The notes below the pieces were generated by a model. The model was not told where the DNA came from and did no database searches. It was given only the letters and a program-made list of their open reading frames with translations. A DNA stretch of 64,000 bases. Origin: an uncultured Gammaproteobacteria bacterium (GTDB taxonomy: Bacteria; Patescibacteriota; Microgenomatia; JAMCZE01). Shown here one piece after another: positions 1-9,791 of the stretch; within the stretch, counting starts at the first letter, position 1, and every line of letters begins with the position of its first letter. The position numbers and the translations under genes were made by a program. The stretch is taken from contig CAZXMM010000001.1 of assembly GCA_964641255.1 (NCBI GenBank), forward strand, positions 409,984 to 473,983, in the 5' to 3' direction.

Positions 1-340
1 TAGTGGCCACAAATGAGAATCAGTTGATCTAGCTCACTGTAGCGTCTGGCGGTTTCTTGTCTAAAGGTTTCTCCCCGGGCATCCATTAAGACCACCTTGG
101 TTCGAACATCCGGTTTCTTTATATCCTTGAGGGCGTTGAAAATAGGCTCGATTTGTAAAACCATGCCGACTCCCCCACCAAAGGGCCGGTCATCAACTGT
201 TCCTCGTTCATCAGTAGCCCACTTACGAAGATCATGGATGTTAATAGTAAGAAAAGAGCGATCTTGGGCGCGTTTAATAATGCTCTGATCAAAAGGGCCA
301 GTAAACATTTTGGGGAAAAGAGTAATTATGTCAATCTTCA
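1..340 (-). CDS. trmD: tRNA (guanine37-N1)-methyltransferase TrmD, N-terminal portion (gene continues past window start)
   Basis: Reverse-complement translation from ATG (complement of 338-340) reads MKIDIITLFPKMFTGPFDQSIIKRAQDRSFLTINIHDLRKWATDERGTVDDRPFGGGVGMVLQIEPIFNALKDIKK... with the conserved TrmD motifs ITLFPxMF and VDDRPxGGGxGMV. Open at the window edge, so absent from the ORF track. Confidence 0.9.
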
Positions 341-364
341 TAAGAATATATTATACTAGTCCTC
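341..364. promoter_or_regulatory. 24-bp divergent intergenic spacer between trmD start and the first glycan gene; AT-rich (aagaatatattatactagtcctc), TATA-like
   Basis: Start codons of oppositely oriented genes at 340 (-) and 365 (+). Only a TATATTATACT stretch lies between them, so the promoters must overlap or sit inside coding sequence. Confidence 0.3.
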
Positions 365-1114
365 ATGAAAAATATTGTGGTGGTAATGCCAACCTATAAC
401 GAAGCCGAAAATATTGGCCGAATGATTGACACGCTTGTTGGAGAGGAATTTCCAAAGATTAAAGACCACAAAATGATGCTTCTTGTTGTTGACGATCACT
501 CACCTGATGGTACTTGGAAGATAGTCCAGGAGAAACAAAAGAAGTATAAAAATATTTTCTTGAGTGATTCAGAAACGAAACGCGGTTTAGGTGGAGCCTA
601 TATTGATGGCTTTGGTTACGCGATTAAGGAATTAAAAGCCGATGGTATCATGGAGATGGATGCCGATTTTCAGCACGACCCCAAAGACGTAAAACGTTTT
701 GTGGCCGAATTTGATAAAGGTTATGACTATATTTTAGGCACTCGCTACATTCATGGCGGGTCAATTCCAAAAAACTGGGGATTTAAAAGAAAGTTTCTTT
801 CGGTAGTTGGTAATTGGTTTGGTCGCACAGCGCTCTTGTGGTTTGATATTCACGACCTAACCACTGGTTATCGTTTGGCTCGTGTTAAGGGATTTTTGGA
901 TCAGATGGATTTCAAACGAATTTTTTCTCGTTCCTATTCCTATAAATGGAGACTTATCTACGAGATGAAAAGTAGACGCGCGAAGATCAAAGAGATCGCG
1001 ATTATTTTTTCCCATCGTGAGAAGGGTTGGAGCAAAATGGATAGCGATGATTTTATTGAGAGTTTAAAAATCATTGGGCAAATTTGGCTGATACGACTTG
1101 GGCTACTTCAATGA
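365..1114 (+). CDS. GT2 polyprenyl-phosphate sugar synthase (Dpm1 / GtrB / CsbB-like)
   Basis: 249 aa with Dpm1-family motifs: VVMPTYNEAENI (N-terminal), VVDDHSPDGT (DxD/DDxS), EMDADFQHDP (DAD), and a C-terminal amphipathic/TM tail. Soluble GT-A size. Confidence 0.85.
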   Translation: MKNIVVVMPTYNEAENIGRMIDTLVGEEFPKIKDHKMMLLVVDDHSPDGTWKIVQEKQKKYKNIFLSDSETKRGLGGAYIDGFGYAIKELKADGIMEMDADFQHDPKDVKRFVAEFDKGYDYILGTRYIHGGSIPKNWGFKRKFLSVVGNWFGRTALLWFDIHDLTTGYRLARVKGFLDQMDFKRIFSRSYSYKWRLIYEMKSRRAKIKEIAIIFSHREKGWSKMDSDDFIESLKIIGQIWLIRLGLLQ

Positions 1115-1851
1115 AAACTCCACTTGTGGCGATAGTTGTTCCGACCCTGAATGAAGAAGGAGCCATTGGGGAGTTTCTTCGGTTACTCTTAATAGTTACC
1201 ACCGCGGAAAAAAAATTCCGCTGGCATCTGGTAGTAGTCGATAGTCAATCAGCGGACCGAACTACTGAAATAATTGACGCTTTTAAGCGAAGACACAAAG
1301 ATTTTTTGACCCTGATTAGTGCTCCCAGGGGTCTCGGGAGAAGTCTATTTTTAGGATTAGATTTTTGCTGTTTTAAACTTAAAGCCGATTATGCTATTAC
1401 TCTTGAGGCCGATCTATCAAACGACCCGAAACAGTTACCAGAATTTATCACCCCACTGACCACTGCCGATTTGGTAGTCGGTAGTCGCTATACAGCTGGT
1501 GGAAGAATTGAACACTGGTCATTTTGGCGCAAATTTCTAAGTTTTAGTGCCAACCTGACCTTACGGCTTTTAGTAGGAGGCAAAATTAAAGAGTACACCA
1601 ATCTCTATCGGAGCCTGCGCCTAACTAGCTGGAGAAAATTGCGACTGGGTTTAGTCAATACTACTGATTGGCTGTTTGTGCCCGCTTTAGTCTTTGAGGC
1701 AATTAGGCTCAAGCTTCGTATCAGTGAGATTCCAATTACTTATGCTGATCGAAGAGCGGGTCAGTCGAAGATGGATACCCCGTCTTATACCAAGAGCTTG
1801 CTCTTAGCTGCGATTCGCTTTAGAATGAATAAACATGGAACATTTTCTTAA
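1111..1851 (+). CDS. Dpm1/GtrB-like GT2 paralog with degenerate catalytic motifs
   Basis: ATG at 1111 overlaps the upstream stop (ATGA). Same fold pattern as the upstream gene, but the motifs are altered: VVPTLNEE, VVDSQSAD (instead of DDxSxD) and LEADLSND (instead of DAD). Confidence 0.7.
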   Translation: MKTPLVAIVVPTLNEEGAIGEFLRLLLIVTTAEKKFRWHLVVVDSQSADRTTEIIDAFKRRHKDFLTLISAPRGLGRSLFLGLDFCCFKLKADYAITLEADLSNDPKQLPEFITPLTTADLVVGSRYTAGGRIEHWSFWRKFLSFSANLTLRLLVGGKIKEYTNLYRSLRLTSWRKLRLGLVNTTDWLFVPALVFEAIRLKLRISEIPITYADRRAGQSKMDTPSYTKSLLLAAIRFRMNKHGTFS

Positions 1852-2299
1852 ATTTTTGGTGGTAGGGACGTTGGGTTTTATTATTAACACTCTAGGGCTA
1901 GTTCTGGGGGTAAAGGCTGGCCTTAGGCCCTCAATCGCTGCCCCAATCGGGTCTGAGGTGGCAATTATTTCCAATTTTATTTGGAATAACTTTTGGACAT
2001 TTTCTGACAAAGTAATTACCTCTCCCCAAGACATAGTCTTTAAGTTTATTCAGTTCAACTTTTTGTCCCTTGCTGCAGTGTTAATCCAGTTTGTGGCACT
2101 AAGACTGGGCGAGTTGCTGTTTGGAATGGTTAAATTCAAAGAGCCGTTTGTTAACTTACCCATTTTTGCTACCCTGCCATTTATCAAAAGGATACCGCTT
2201 GCCAAAAAGTTTTCCCTGTACTTTATCTTTTATATCGGTAGTGTTGGTCTCGGACTGGTGGTTAATTTCACTATGTACAGCCTCATTATTTGGCGTTAG
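1835..2299 (+). CDS. GtrA-family small membrane protein (putative polyprenyl-phosphate-sugar flippase)
   Basis: 154 aa with 4 predicted TM helices. N-terminus FLKFLVVGTLGFIINTLGLVL is typical of the GtrA family. It sits directly downstream of the Dpm1/GtrB-like pair. Confidence 0.8.
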   Translation: MEHFLKFLVVGTLGFIINTLGLVLGVKAGLRPSIAAPIGSEVAIISNFIWNNFWTFSDKVITSPQDIVFKFIQFNFLSLAAVLIQFVALRLGELLFGMVKFKEPFVNLPIFATLPFIKRIPLAKKFSLYFIFYIGSVGLGLVVNFTMYSLIIWR

Positions 2300-2306
2300 T
2301 AGCTAA

Positions 2307-3797
2307 ATGCGAAAACTACTCGGAACTACACTTCTTCCCCTTGTGTCCCTCATAGCTGTTGGGGCATTACTCCGGTTATACCGAATAGGCGACTATATTA
2401 GGTTTCTGGGCGATGAGGGTAGAGATGCGTTAGTCGTTAAAAGAATGATAGTGGAACACGACTGGACACTCCTTGGTCCCAACGCTTCGGTTGGTGGGTT
2501 TTATACCGGTCCAATTTACTATTACTTTATGTTGCCCTTTTTATGGTTGTCCAAGCTTGATCCGATTGGTCCGGCGGTAATGTCTGCTCTCTTTGGACTA
2601 CTAGCCATTGGTCTGATTTATTACTTTTGTCGACTGATCTTTAACCCCCGTGTGGCCCTCGTTGCGGCTGCCATTACTACTTTATCTCCGAAGTTTATCG
2701 AGATTTCGCGTTTTTCTTGGAACCCTAACCCCATTCCTGTCTTTGCACTGATAGTAGTCATCAGTCTCTATTTATCTTTCTTGCGCAAAAAATCTTATTA
2801 TGTTTTCTTTGCCGGTCTTGCTCTAGGGATAATGATCCAACTTCATTATTCGGGGCTAGTGTTTGTGGCAGTAATGGCTCCAATCGTGCTACTAATCCTT
2901 CCCCTTCGCAAGCTGCCCTTGACTATCCTGTTTGCCACTTTGGGTTTTGTTGCGGGTGAGTCACTTTTTTTAGTTTTTGAGGCTCGCCACGGATTTCCTA
3001 ATACTCGGACAGTTCTTGAGTTTTTTACGCGCCGCGATGACGGGGCCACTATTTCAGTCCAATTTGATATTTTAGGCAGCGCCAGAGACGTGCTGCGACG
3101 ACTTTATGAGACGGTGATTGGTACTGGTGGAATAGTGGTCGCTCTTTTGGCGACCTCTTCGTTAGTCGCACTAATTACCTGGGTAATTAGTCAGCGGGGA
3201 AAATTAGCTGACCGAGCCAAGGTAGTAGTTATTTTATCCTGGCTTTTAATGGGAACTTTAGGAACTACACTGTATCGGGGTCAGCTACTTGATCACTATT
3301 TCATTTTCCAATACCCTCTTGTCCCAATTTTTATTGCCCTACTTATTGACCGCCTTTTCAGGCTTAATTGGACAAGGTTTGTCTGTTTGGCGATTTTAAT
3401 ATTGGTATTTTACCTAGAAATTAGCCATTTATTTATTTGGTCTAACCCTAACTTTTTGGTCAGGCAGACAAAAGAGGTAGATAAACTGGTTTTAGATTTA
3501 GCTGGAGAGCGGCCCTACAATTTTGCCCTAATTGCCCCAGGTAATAGTGATCACGCATACCGCTATTTTCTAGAAATTCAAAACCGCAAGCCCGTAGTGG
3601 TGGAACCACCAGAGACCGACCCGATGAGGAATTCAATTACCGACCAGCTAATCGTAGTTTGCGAACAGAGAGATTGTAGTCCGCTGGGCTATCCTTTGTG
3701 GGAAGTCGCCGGTTTTGGGCGGGCGGAAATTGTTGATACGGTGATTGGCCCAGCTGGTATTAAAATTTTTAAACTTATCCACTATACTGGTACCTAA
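2307..3797 (+). CDS. Polytopic GT-C-like membrane glycosyltransferase, family A (ArnT/PMT_2-like)
   Basis: 496 aa with about 11-12 hydrophobic segments. First periplasmic loop reads RLYRIGDYIRFLGDEGRDALVVKRMI (DE motif). Paralogous to 28676-30181(-) and 13244-14812(-). Confidence 0.55.
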   Translation: MRKLLGTTLLPLVSLIAVGALLRLYRIGDYIRFLGDEGRDALVVKRMIVEHDWTLLGPNASVGGFYTGPIYYYFMLPFLWLSKLDPIGPAVMSALFGLLAIGLIYYFCRLIFNPRVALVAAAITTLSPKFIEISRFSWNPNPIPVFALIVVISLYLSFLRKKSYYVFFAGLALGIMIQLHYSGLVFVAVMAPIVLLILPLRKLPLTILFATLGFVAGESLFLVFEARHGFPNTRTVLEFFTRRDDGATISVQFDILGSARDVLRRLYETVIGTGGIVVALLATSSLVALITWVISQRGKLADRAKVVVILSWLLMGTLGTTLYRGQLLDHYFIFQYPLVPIFIALLIDRLFRLNWTRFVCLAILILVFYLEISHLFIWSNPNFLVRQTKEVDKLVLDLAGERPYNFALIAPGNSDHAYRYFLEIQNRKPVVVEPPETDPMRNSITDQLIVVCEQRDCSPLGYPLWEVAGFGRAEIVDTVIGPAGIKIFKLIHYTGT

Positions 3798-3798
3798 G

Positions 3799-4584
3799 AT
3801 GAAAAGTATCTACTTATCAGTCATAATTCCCTCCTACAACGAAACCGAGAATCTGAAGCGGGGAGTTTTGGACCAAGTTAACAGTTATCTTTCCAAGCAA
3901 AGCTATACTTGGGAAGTTATTGTGTCTGATGATGGTTCACCAGCTAAAGAATCTCGAGAGCTCGCTAAAGCCTTCTGTGATAATCATAAAGAGTTCACGT
4001 TTTTAGAGAACGCTCACGCCGGCAAACCCTTTGCTGTCTGGGCAGGCATCCAGAAAGCAAGCGGTAAGATTGTTCTTTTTACAGATATGGATCAGTCAAC
4101 TCCCATTACCGAGCTTTCAAAGCTTTTGCCTTATTTTGACCAAGGATACAAAATAGTCATTGGTAGTCGGGGCAGTGCTCGCAAAAATTCTAGCCCGCTG
4201 CGCTTGTTAGCCTCCACTGTATTTAGGGAAGTGCGCCGGACGTTCCTATTGAGAAATATTATCGATACTCAAGCCGGATTTAAAGCGCTTAATCGGGAAG
4301 TGGCACTAGAACTTTTCCCTCTGCTGCAAATTATCAGGCAGGGCGTCGAAGTAAACACCGGCTGGCGGGTTACTTCTTTTGATGTCGAACTACTCTACGC
4401 TGCGGAACGTAGAGGTTATAAGATAGCTGAGGTACCAGTGATTTGGGAAAACGAAGATTTAGCCATGGATACCAAAAAAAGCAGTAATAAGGGGAAATTT
4501 CTCAAAGAGTCGGTAGATATGCTGGGTGAGATTATCCGGGTGAAGAAAAATGCGATGCAGGGTCTTTACGATAAAAATAAATGA
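3799..4584 (+). CDS. GT2 polyprenyl-phosphate sugar synthase (Dpm1/GtrB-like)
   Basis: ATG at 3799 lies 1 nt after the upstream stop. Motifs LSVIIPSYNETENL, VSDDGSPAKES and FTDMDQSTP. Confidence 0.8.
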   Translation: MKSIYLSVIIPSYNETENLKRGVLDQVNSYLSKQSYTWEVIVSDDGSPAKESRELAKAFCDNHKEFTFLENAHAGKPFAVWAGIQKASGKIVLFTDMDQSTPITELSKLLPYFDQGYKIVIGSRGSARKNSSPLRLLASTVFREVRRTFLLRNIIDTQAGFKALNREVALELFPLLQIIRQGVEVNTGWRVTSFDVELLYAAERRGYKIAEVPVIWENEDLAMDTKKSSNKGKFLKESVDMLGEIIRVKKNAMQGLYDKNK

Positions 4585-5705
4585 TTGCGGTCTATTTGGC
4601 TTTACTGGGACTGTTGGGAATCTACACCTACTCTCAGATTGACCTTAACCTCACCCTTTTTCAGGCCCCTGTTTTTTTGACTTTCCAGCAGTACATGATC
4701 CAGTTAGGCTATTATCAAAGAACCTGGTCGGCAGCCCTTTTCCTTGGTCTCATCATTGGGCTCTTTGCACTTTACGGGTATTTTCTCAAGAATTTGCCCC
4801 TACTCACTAAGCGCCAATGGTTTTGTAGCGGGGTGGTTATTGGAATGGTAACACTTCTCTCTTACCCCGCGTTTTCCTACGATTTTTTTAATTATCTTTT
4901 TGACGCTCGTATTGTTACAGCGTATGGCCAAAACCCCTATTTTTTTAAAGCCCTAGACTTTCCTCTTGATCCCTGGATCCGTTTCATGCACTGGATCCAT
5001 CGCACTTATCCCTATGGTCCGGGTTGGCTCCTTATTACTACCCCATTGTCGTTTCTAGGTTTAGGGAAATTTGTTTTGACCGCTGTTTTATTCAAGTTAC
5101 TGTTTATTGCTAACTACTTTCTGGCATTATTTATAATTGGAAAAATCTACTCAATTATTAACCCCGAAAAAAGAACTTGGGCCCTTGTCTTTTTTGGATT
5201 AAACCCTCTTATTATTATAGAGACCCTCATTAGTCCCCATTTGGATGCAATTATGACCAGCTCTCTGTTATTAGGCTTTTACCTCATTTTAAAACAGCGC
5301 AAATGGCTCGCATTTCTGACCTTGATTTTTTCTGGCAGCATCAAGTTTCTGACTTGGGTTCTCATCCCCTTACACGGCATCAAACTTTCTTTTGAGAGAG
5401 GGGTAGAGCTATCCTTATTCTTATTAACACTAATTCTTGTTCCAGTGATTTTGCAGCGAGAGTTTTATCCCTGGTACGCAATTCCTCTGCTAGCCATAGT
5501 TGCGCTGTTGCCTAAAAGAAAATTTCTTCACTACTTGGCACTAGTTTTGTCCCTGGGGCTTCTTTGTCAGTACGGGTCCTTTCTTTACTTTGGAGAGTAC
5601 ACCACTCTTACTAGCTTGGTAAAACTAGGAGCCCTTTTGTTTCCTCTGGTTACTCTTTTGCCTCTCTATTTCGTTTCTAAGTATCCTTTTTCTTTCAAAG
5701 ATTGA
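4581..5705 (+). CDS. Polytopic membrane protein, candidate GT-C-type (possibly GT87/DUF2029-like mannosyltransferase) - function uncertain
   Basis: 374 aa with more than 9 hydrophobic helices. ATGA overlap with the upstream gene. Family assignment is tentative. Confidence 0.4.
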   Translation: MIAVYLALLGLLGIYTYSQIDLNLTLFQAPVFLTFQQYMIQLGYYQRTWSAALFLGLIIGLFALYGYFLKNLPLLTKRQWFCSGVVIGMVTLLSYPAFSYDFFNYLFDARIVTAYGQNPYFFKALDFPLDPWIRFMHWIHRTYPYGPGWLLITTPLSFLGLGKFVLTAVLFKLLFIANYFLALFIIGKIYSIINPEKRTWALVFFGLNPLIIIETLISPHLDAIMTSSLLLGFYLILKQRKWLAFLTLIFSGSIKFLTWVLIPLHGIKLSFERGVELSLFLLTLILVPVILQREFYPWYAIPLLAIVALLPKRKFLHYLALVLSLGLLCQYGSFLYFGEYTTLTSLVKLGALLFPLVTLLPLYFVSKYPFSFKD

Positions 5706-7366
5706 ACAAGAGCTGAAGCCTTATTTTTTTCAAAGTTGAAGTCTTCATCTAAATTGAAGTCTTGGGTTTTTGAACCTTTAAACTGTAAGCTGGGATTCAC
5801 ATCGTTGAGTCGGACATAGTTCTTGTTCAGAAAATCAATAAAGAAAGCATTATAGTCAGCTGAGCCGCCAAAAGCTGAGAAATAACGCTGGTAGACAATA
5901 ATGTCCGCTCGGTTAGCCGTGTAGTCGGCGATTACGCCGGATAAGAGTTTTGGACTGTTCACAAATTGTGGCAATATCCAATGATACTTAGACGGTACCT
6001 TGCAGTTTAGGTAATAGATTTCTTCAAACTGGAAGGGCCCCACCCAACAATAGTGGTCAGTGGGGACGACGGCATTAATTAGGGGTGCGACTTGGGGGCG
6101 GTCGTAAATAAGGGGCATAGTGCCCATATAGCGATTGTAGGTCATTCTCCAAAGCTCCATCGAGAAAAATAGAGTGGTAAATAGCCAGTAGATAAGGAGC
6201 CCGACAAAGGCAAACTTTAAAAACCCCGAAAATAGTGGTCCGTCTTCGCCTTGTTGGTCTTTGGCTATAAACCAGAAGAAGAAACTCGCATGGAAGAAAG
6301 TAATAAAGAAATACACTGCCGACTGGTAGTCGGTAGTTTGTGATGTGAGGGGATTGCCACGAACGGTACTGTAGACAATTAGTAAAAAGGAGAGTAAGAA
6401 CAATAGAAATTTCCGTTTCCATAGTAGGGTGACCCAAAGGACTACATTTGTCACTCCCATGGTGAGATTAAACGGCGTCATCAGATCTGTTCGGGTGATA
6501 CCAGAGAGTAGTACTTGATAGTTATTTAAGAAGTTATTCAAAATCACGATAGCATAGCGGATGGGGTTAAGGGAGGTTGATCCCGGAGGTCGAGGATAGT
6601 TATAGATGTAATAGTTTTTGTTATAGATGATAGCGTCAAAATAGTAGTCGGCTAAAGAGCCAGTGATTAAAAGATAGAGTAGAAAAAGACCATACGGTAG
6701 GCCAAAGATAAGAGCAAACAAAAGAACTTTTTTCACCAAAGCTTTATCGAGTCTAGTCTTTGTGGCCGTAACAAAAGAGACAAAGGTTACCAGGGTGAGG
6801 ATAATTGATTCATATAAATAGGTTGTCGACATGAGCATGGTGAGCGCGGAAAAGATTGACACGACGATAAGGTCAGCCTTCATCAGGGCTTGCCCTCTGT
6901 ACAATTTGACAAAGAGGAGAGTGTAAGCGGGGATCAGCATGTAACCACTTAGTGGATCGGCCAGAAACATATGACCCCAGAAATAGGTGGAAGCCAGGGC
7001 GATGAGGGGGGCGTAAATAAAAAAGAAGCCAGTATCCTGCCGATTTAACCGCTTTCTTAGTAACCATAGAGTTAACCCAAAAATCCCTAGGTAAAAAATT
7101 GCCGTCATAAGACGAAAACGCACGAACGATTGGTCTGAGAATATGCCTAGTAGCGCAGCAAAAAAGTAAGCTAGCGGGCCGTGGTGCGAAAAGAAGTCGC
7201 GATAAGGAAGTTTTCCCTTCAGAATGTCGTGTCCACCCAAAATATTATCAAATTCATCGGGATAACTATTGTGGACGCTATTAACTAAAAGAACAACTAG
7301 AAGACAAAAAAAGAAACTAAGAATTCTACGGTGTCTCTTTACAAAGTTCCACAAGGTGAGAACCAT
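5666..7366 (-). CDS. Polytopic membrane protein (GT-C-like candidate), unknown family
   Basis: 566 aa and highly hydrophobic throughout. Convergent with 4581-5705, overlapping its 3' end by 40 bp. Divergent from the YfhO gene at 7406. Confidence 0.4.
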   Translation of the reverse strand: MVLTLWNFVKRHRRILSFFFCLLVVLLVNSVHNSYPDEFDNILGGHDILKGKLPYRDFFSHHGPLAYFFAALLGIFSDQSFVRFRLMTAIFYLGIFGLTLWLLRKRLNRQDTGFFFIYAPLIALASTYFWGHMFLADPLSGYMLIPAYTLLFVKLYRGQALMKADLIVVSIFSALTMLMSTTYLYESIILTLVTFVSFVTATKTRLDKALVKKVLLFALIFGLPYGLFLLYLLITGSLADYYFDAIIYNKNYYIYNYPRPPGSTSLNPIRYAIVILNNFLNNYQVLLSGITRTDLMTPFNLTMGVTNVVLWVTLLWKRKFLLFLLSFLLIVYSTVRGNPLTSQTTDYQSAVYFFITFFHASFFFWFIAKDQQGEDGPLFSGFLKFAFVGLLIYWLFTTLFFSMELWRMTYNRYMGTMPLIYDRPQVAPLINAVVPTDHYCWVGPFQFEEIYYLNCKVPSKYHWILPQFVNSPKLLSGVIADYTANRADIIVYQRYFSAFGGSADYNAFFIDFLNKNYVRLNDVNPSLQFKGSKTQDFNLDEDFNFEKNKASALVQSLKEKGYLETK

Positions 7367-7405
7367 ACTCGTATATAATATACTATGTGGGTCGGTTAGT
7401 CACTA
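7367..7405. promoter_or_regulatory. Divergent intergenic region with TATATAATATACTAT element
   Basis: Only 39 bp separate the start codons of 5666-7366(-) and 7406-9790(+). The sequence ctcgTATATAATATACTATgtggg resembles overlapping -10 elements. Confidence 0.3.
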
Positions 7406-9790
7406 ATGGTTTTTGGATTTTCCATGAAACAAGGAGAGAAATCTATTTTAGTTGCAAGTCTGTTTGTGATTTTGGTGTTACTTCTTGGCCACTTAGCACA
7501 ATTCTGGAAATTCTATCTGCTGGGTCTTCTTCCGTTTCCAGGCGATACATTGGTGGCTTTTTATTTTCCTTGGAGTAGCGGGGGGTTTCCTGGATTTGAC
7601 CCCTTTACTCAATACAAGGCACAAAATACTGTCGACGTCATTAAACAAATGTTTCCCTGGCGAGATTTTGCTTTTGAAATGATAGCTAAGGGTCAATGGC
7701 CCCTGTGGAATCCCTACAGTTTTTCTGGCATGCCGCTTATAGCCAATTTGCAATCGGCCGTCTTTTTCCCTGGTCACGCTCTGTCTTTGTTCATCTCTTC
7801 TATTGCCGGGTGGATCACCATCGTTGTGGGTGAGCTGCTTTTCTTCGGATGGACCTCCTACCTCTTCCTTAGATCACAAAAACTTTCTCAAGTGGCGGCC
7901 GCATTTGGAGCTCTGGTTTCTATGGGTTTTTCCTACCTAGCTTTGTGGCACGCCCAACTGGTTATTACCGAGAGCTTGTTATTTTTGCCGCTAATTCTTA
8001 CTCTGGTTAATCGTTACATAAGTAGTAAGAAGCCCCACAACTTGCTTCTTGTTTCGTTTTTATTCACTTTCTGTTTGTTTGGTGGCCATGCTCAGACAAT
8101 TATTTATGTGTACCTAATTTTTTTCCTCTTTGCACTCTACCGTCGGGTTGCACTAGTGCCGCTCATCGTCACCTCACTACTTCCCGCCTTATTGGCTGCC
8201 GTCCAGTTACTACCCTCGCTGGAGGCTTATATGCTTTCGGCGCGAGAGGGTCAAGCTTCAAAGGAGCTTTTTGGACCTTTTATTTTCCAGTGGAAACAGA
8301 TGATTACTGTTGTTGCCCCAGATTTTTTCGGTCACCCAACCACTCGGAATTTTTGGGGACGAGATTATCGGGACTTTAACACTTACTTTGGTGTTACCGC
8401 TTTTGTGTTTAGTCTTACCGCACTTTTTAGTTGGCACCGCTTTAAAGATGTTAAATTTTTTGCATTTCTTGCCGGATTTGGGTTGTTACTTGCCACCTGG
8501 CCGTTGGTTTTTGTTTTTGATATTTTAAGTATTCCCATTCTTTCTTCTGGGGTACCCGCTCGGATGATGTTTTTATTTCAGTACGGAGGTGTGATTTTAT
8601 CAGCCTACGGTTTAGAAGCTATCTTGCGAGAGGATCATAAAAATCTTAGCAGCGCTGTGCACCGTACACTTTTTGTCGTCGTGTTAGTTATCGTGGCAAT
8701 TTGGGTGGTAGCCCTTGGGGAACAGGTCCATTTTGCGGTGACGAGAAACAACTTAGTCTTGCCAACGGCGATGCTTCTTATCACTAGCTTATTGATTTTT
8801 CTGCGTTTTACCCTACCCAAATTTAGAGCGGCCATAATCGTTACTATTTTTGGTCTGGTTATCGTCCAATCCACTTATTTCTTTGAAAAATACACAGCTT
8901 TTTCACCAGTTAAATTTACCTTTCCAACCCATCCCGTAATTACCTTTCTAAAACAATCTGGGGGCATTAATCGTTTTTTTGGCGTCGGTAATGCCTATTT
9001 TAATTACGATTTTTCCGTCTACTACCGTCTTTACGACATTCAGGGCTATGACTCACTTTATCCCAAACGCTATGGGGAATTCTCAGGATCGACTGAAAAT
9101 AACGGGAAAATTCCTGAAGCTGTTATGCGTTCCGATGCCGTTTTCCATCCCTGGAGCGAGTCTTACACCAAACGGGCTTTTGATTTGTTGGGGGCGAAAT
9201 ATTTACTAGAAAAGGATGACGATCCAGTGCAAAAATGGACTACCAACTCGTTAGTTTTTCATCCCGCTGAATATAATTTGGTTTGGCAACAAGATAAATG
9301 GAAGATATACGAACGGTATTCTGCCTTACCACGAGTAGCCCTGATGGATTCCTATATTAAAAGAAGTGATAAACAGGCAATCTTAGACGCTCTTTATGAA
9401 GACGCTTTCCCTTATCGCTCGACCCTCGTTTTAGAACAAGATCCCAAGATTACACCACAAAAAGCGCTGCTTAAAACGCTTACTATACTAAGTTATACAC
9501 CCAATGAAATTCAGGTGAAAACCCAAAGTGATGCTCCACAGCTGCTGTACCTATCCGATAATTTTTATCCTGGATGGTATGCTAGTGTTGATGGTAAGGA
9601 CTCTCCAATTTACCGCGCCAATTATACTTTCCGGGCCGTAGCTTTGCCTGCCGGCGAGCACCAAGTTAGAATGTCTTACGCTCCTCTCAGCTTTAGTCTG
9701 GGACTAGTCACTTCTCTAATCTCAGCTGTCTTAGCTACTGGAGTTCTCGGTTATCTCTTATTAAGAGATCGCCATCTGGGTGGTAGTTAA
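7406..9790 (+). CDS. YfhO-family polytopic membrane glycosyltransferase (GT-C)
   Basis: 794 aa. Many TM helices are followed by a C-terminal extracytoplasmic domain ending ...YLSDNFYPGWYASVDGKDSPIYRANYTFRAVALPAGEHQVRMSY, the characteristic YfhO C-terminus. The true start may instead be the ATG at 7424. Confidence 0.75.
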   Translation: MVFGFSMKQGEKSILVASLFVILVLLLGHLAQFWKFYLLGLLPFPGDTLVAFYFPWSSGGFPGFDPFTQYKAQNTVDVIKQMFPWRDFAFEMIAKGQWPLWNPYSFSGMPLIANLQSAVFFPGHALSLFISSIAGWITIVVGELLFFGWTSYLFLRSQKLSQVAAAFGALVSMGFSYLALWHAQLVITESLLFLPLILTLVNRYISSKKPHNLLLVSFLFTFCLFGGHAQTIIYVYLIFFLFALYRRVALVPLIVTSLLPALLAAVQLLPSLEAYMLSAREGQASKELFGPFIFQWKQMITVVAPDFFGHPTTRNFWGRDYRDFNTYFGVTAFVFSLTALFSWHRFKDVKFFAFLAGFGLLLATWPLVFVFDILSIPILSSGVPARMMFLFQYGGVILSAYGLEAILREDHKNLSSAVHRTLFVVVLVIVAIWVVALGEQVHFAVTRNNLVLPTAMLLITSLLIFLRFTLPKFRAAIIVTIFGLVIVQSTYFFEKYTAFSPVKFTFPTHPVITFLKQSGGINRFFGVGNAYFNYDFSVYYRLYDIQGYDSLYPKRYGEFSGSTENNGKIPEAVMRSDAVFHPWSESYTKRAFDLLGAKYLLEKDDDPVQKWTTNSLVFHPAEYNLVWQQDKWKIYERYSALPRVALMDSYIKRSDKQAILDALYEDAFPYRSTLVLEQDPKITPQKALLKTLTILSYTPNEIQVKTQSDAPQLLYLSDNFYPGWYASVDGKDSPIYRANYTFRAVALPAGEHQVRMSYAPLSFSLGLVTSLISAVLATGVLGYLLLRDRHLGGS

Positions 9791-9791
9791 T

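Noticed and set aside
97-288. 63-aa + strand ORF at the window start
   Set aside because: It lies entirely antisense within the clearly conserved trmD reading frame (- strand, 1-340). Low-complexity Pro/Arg/Ser-rich translation. Spurious.
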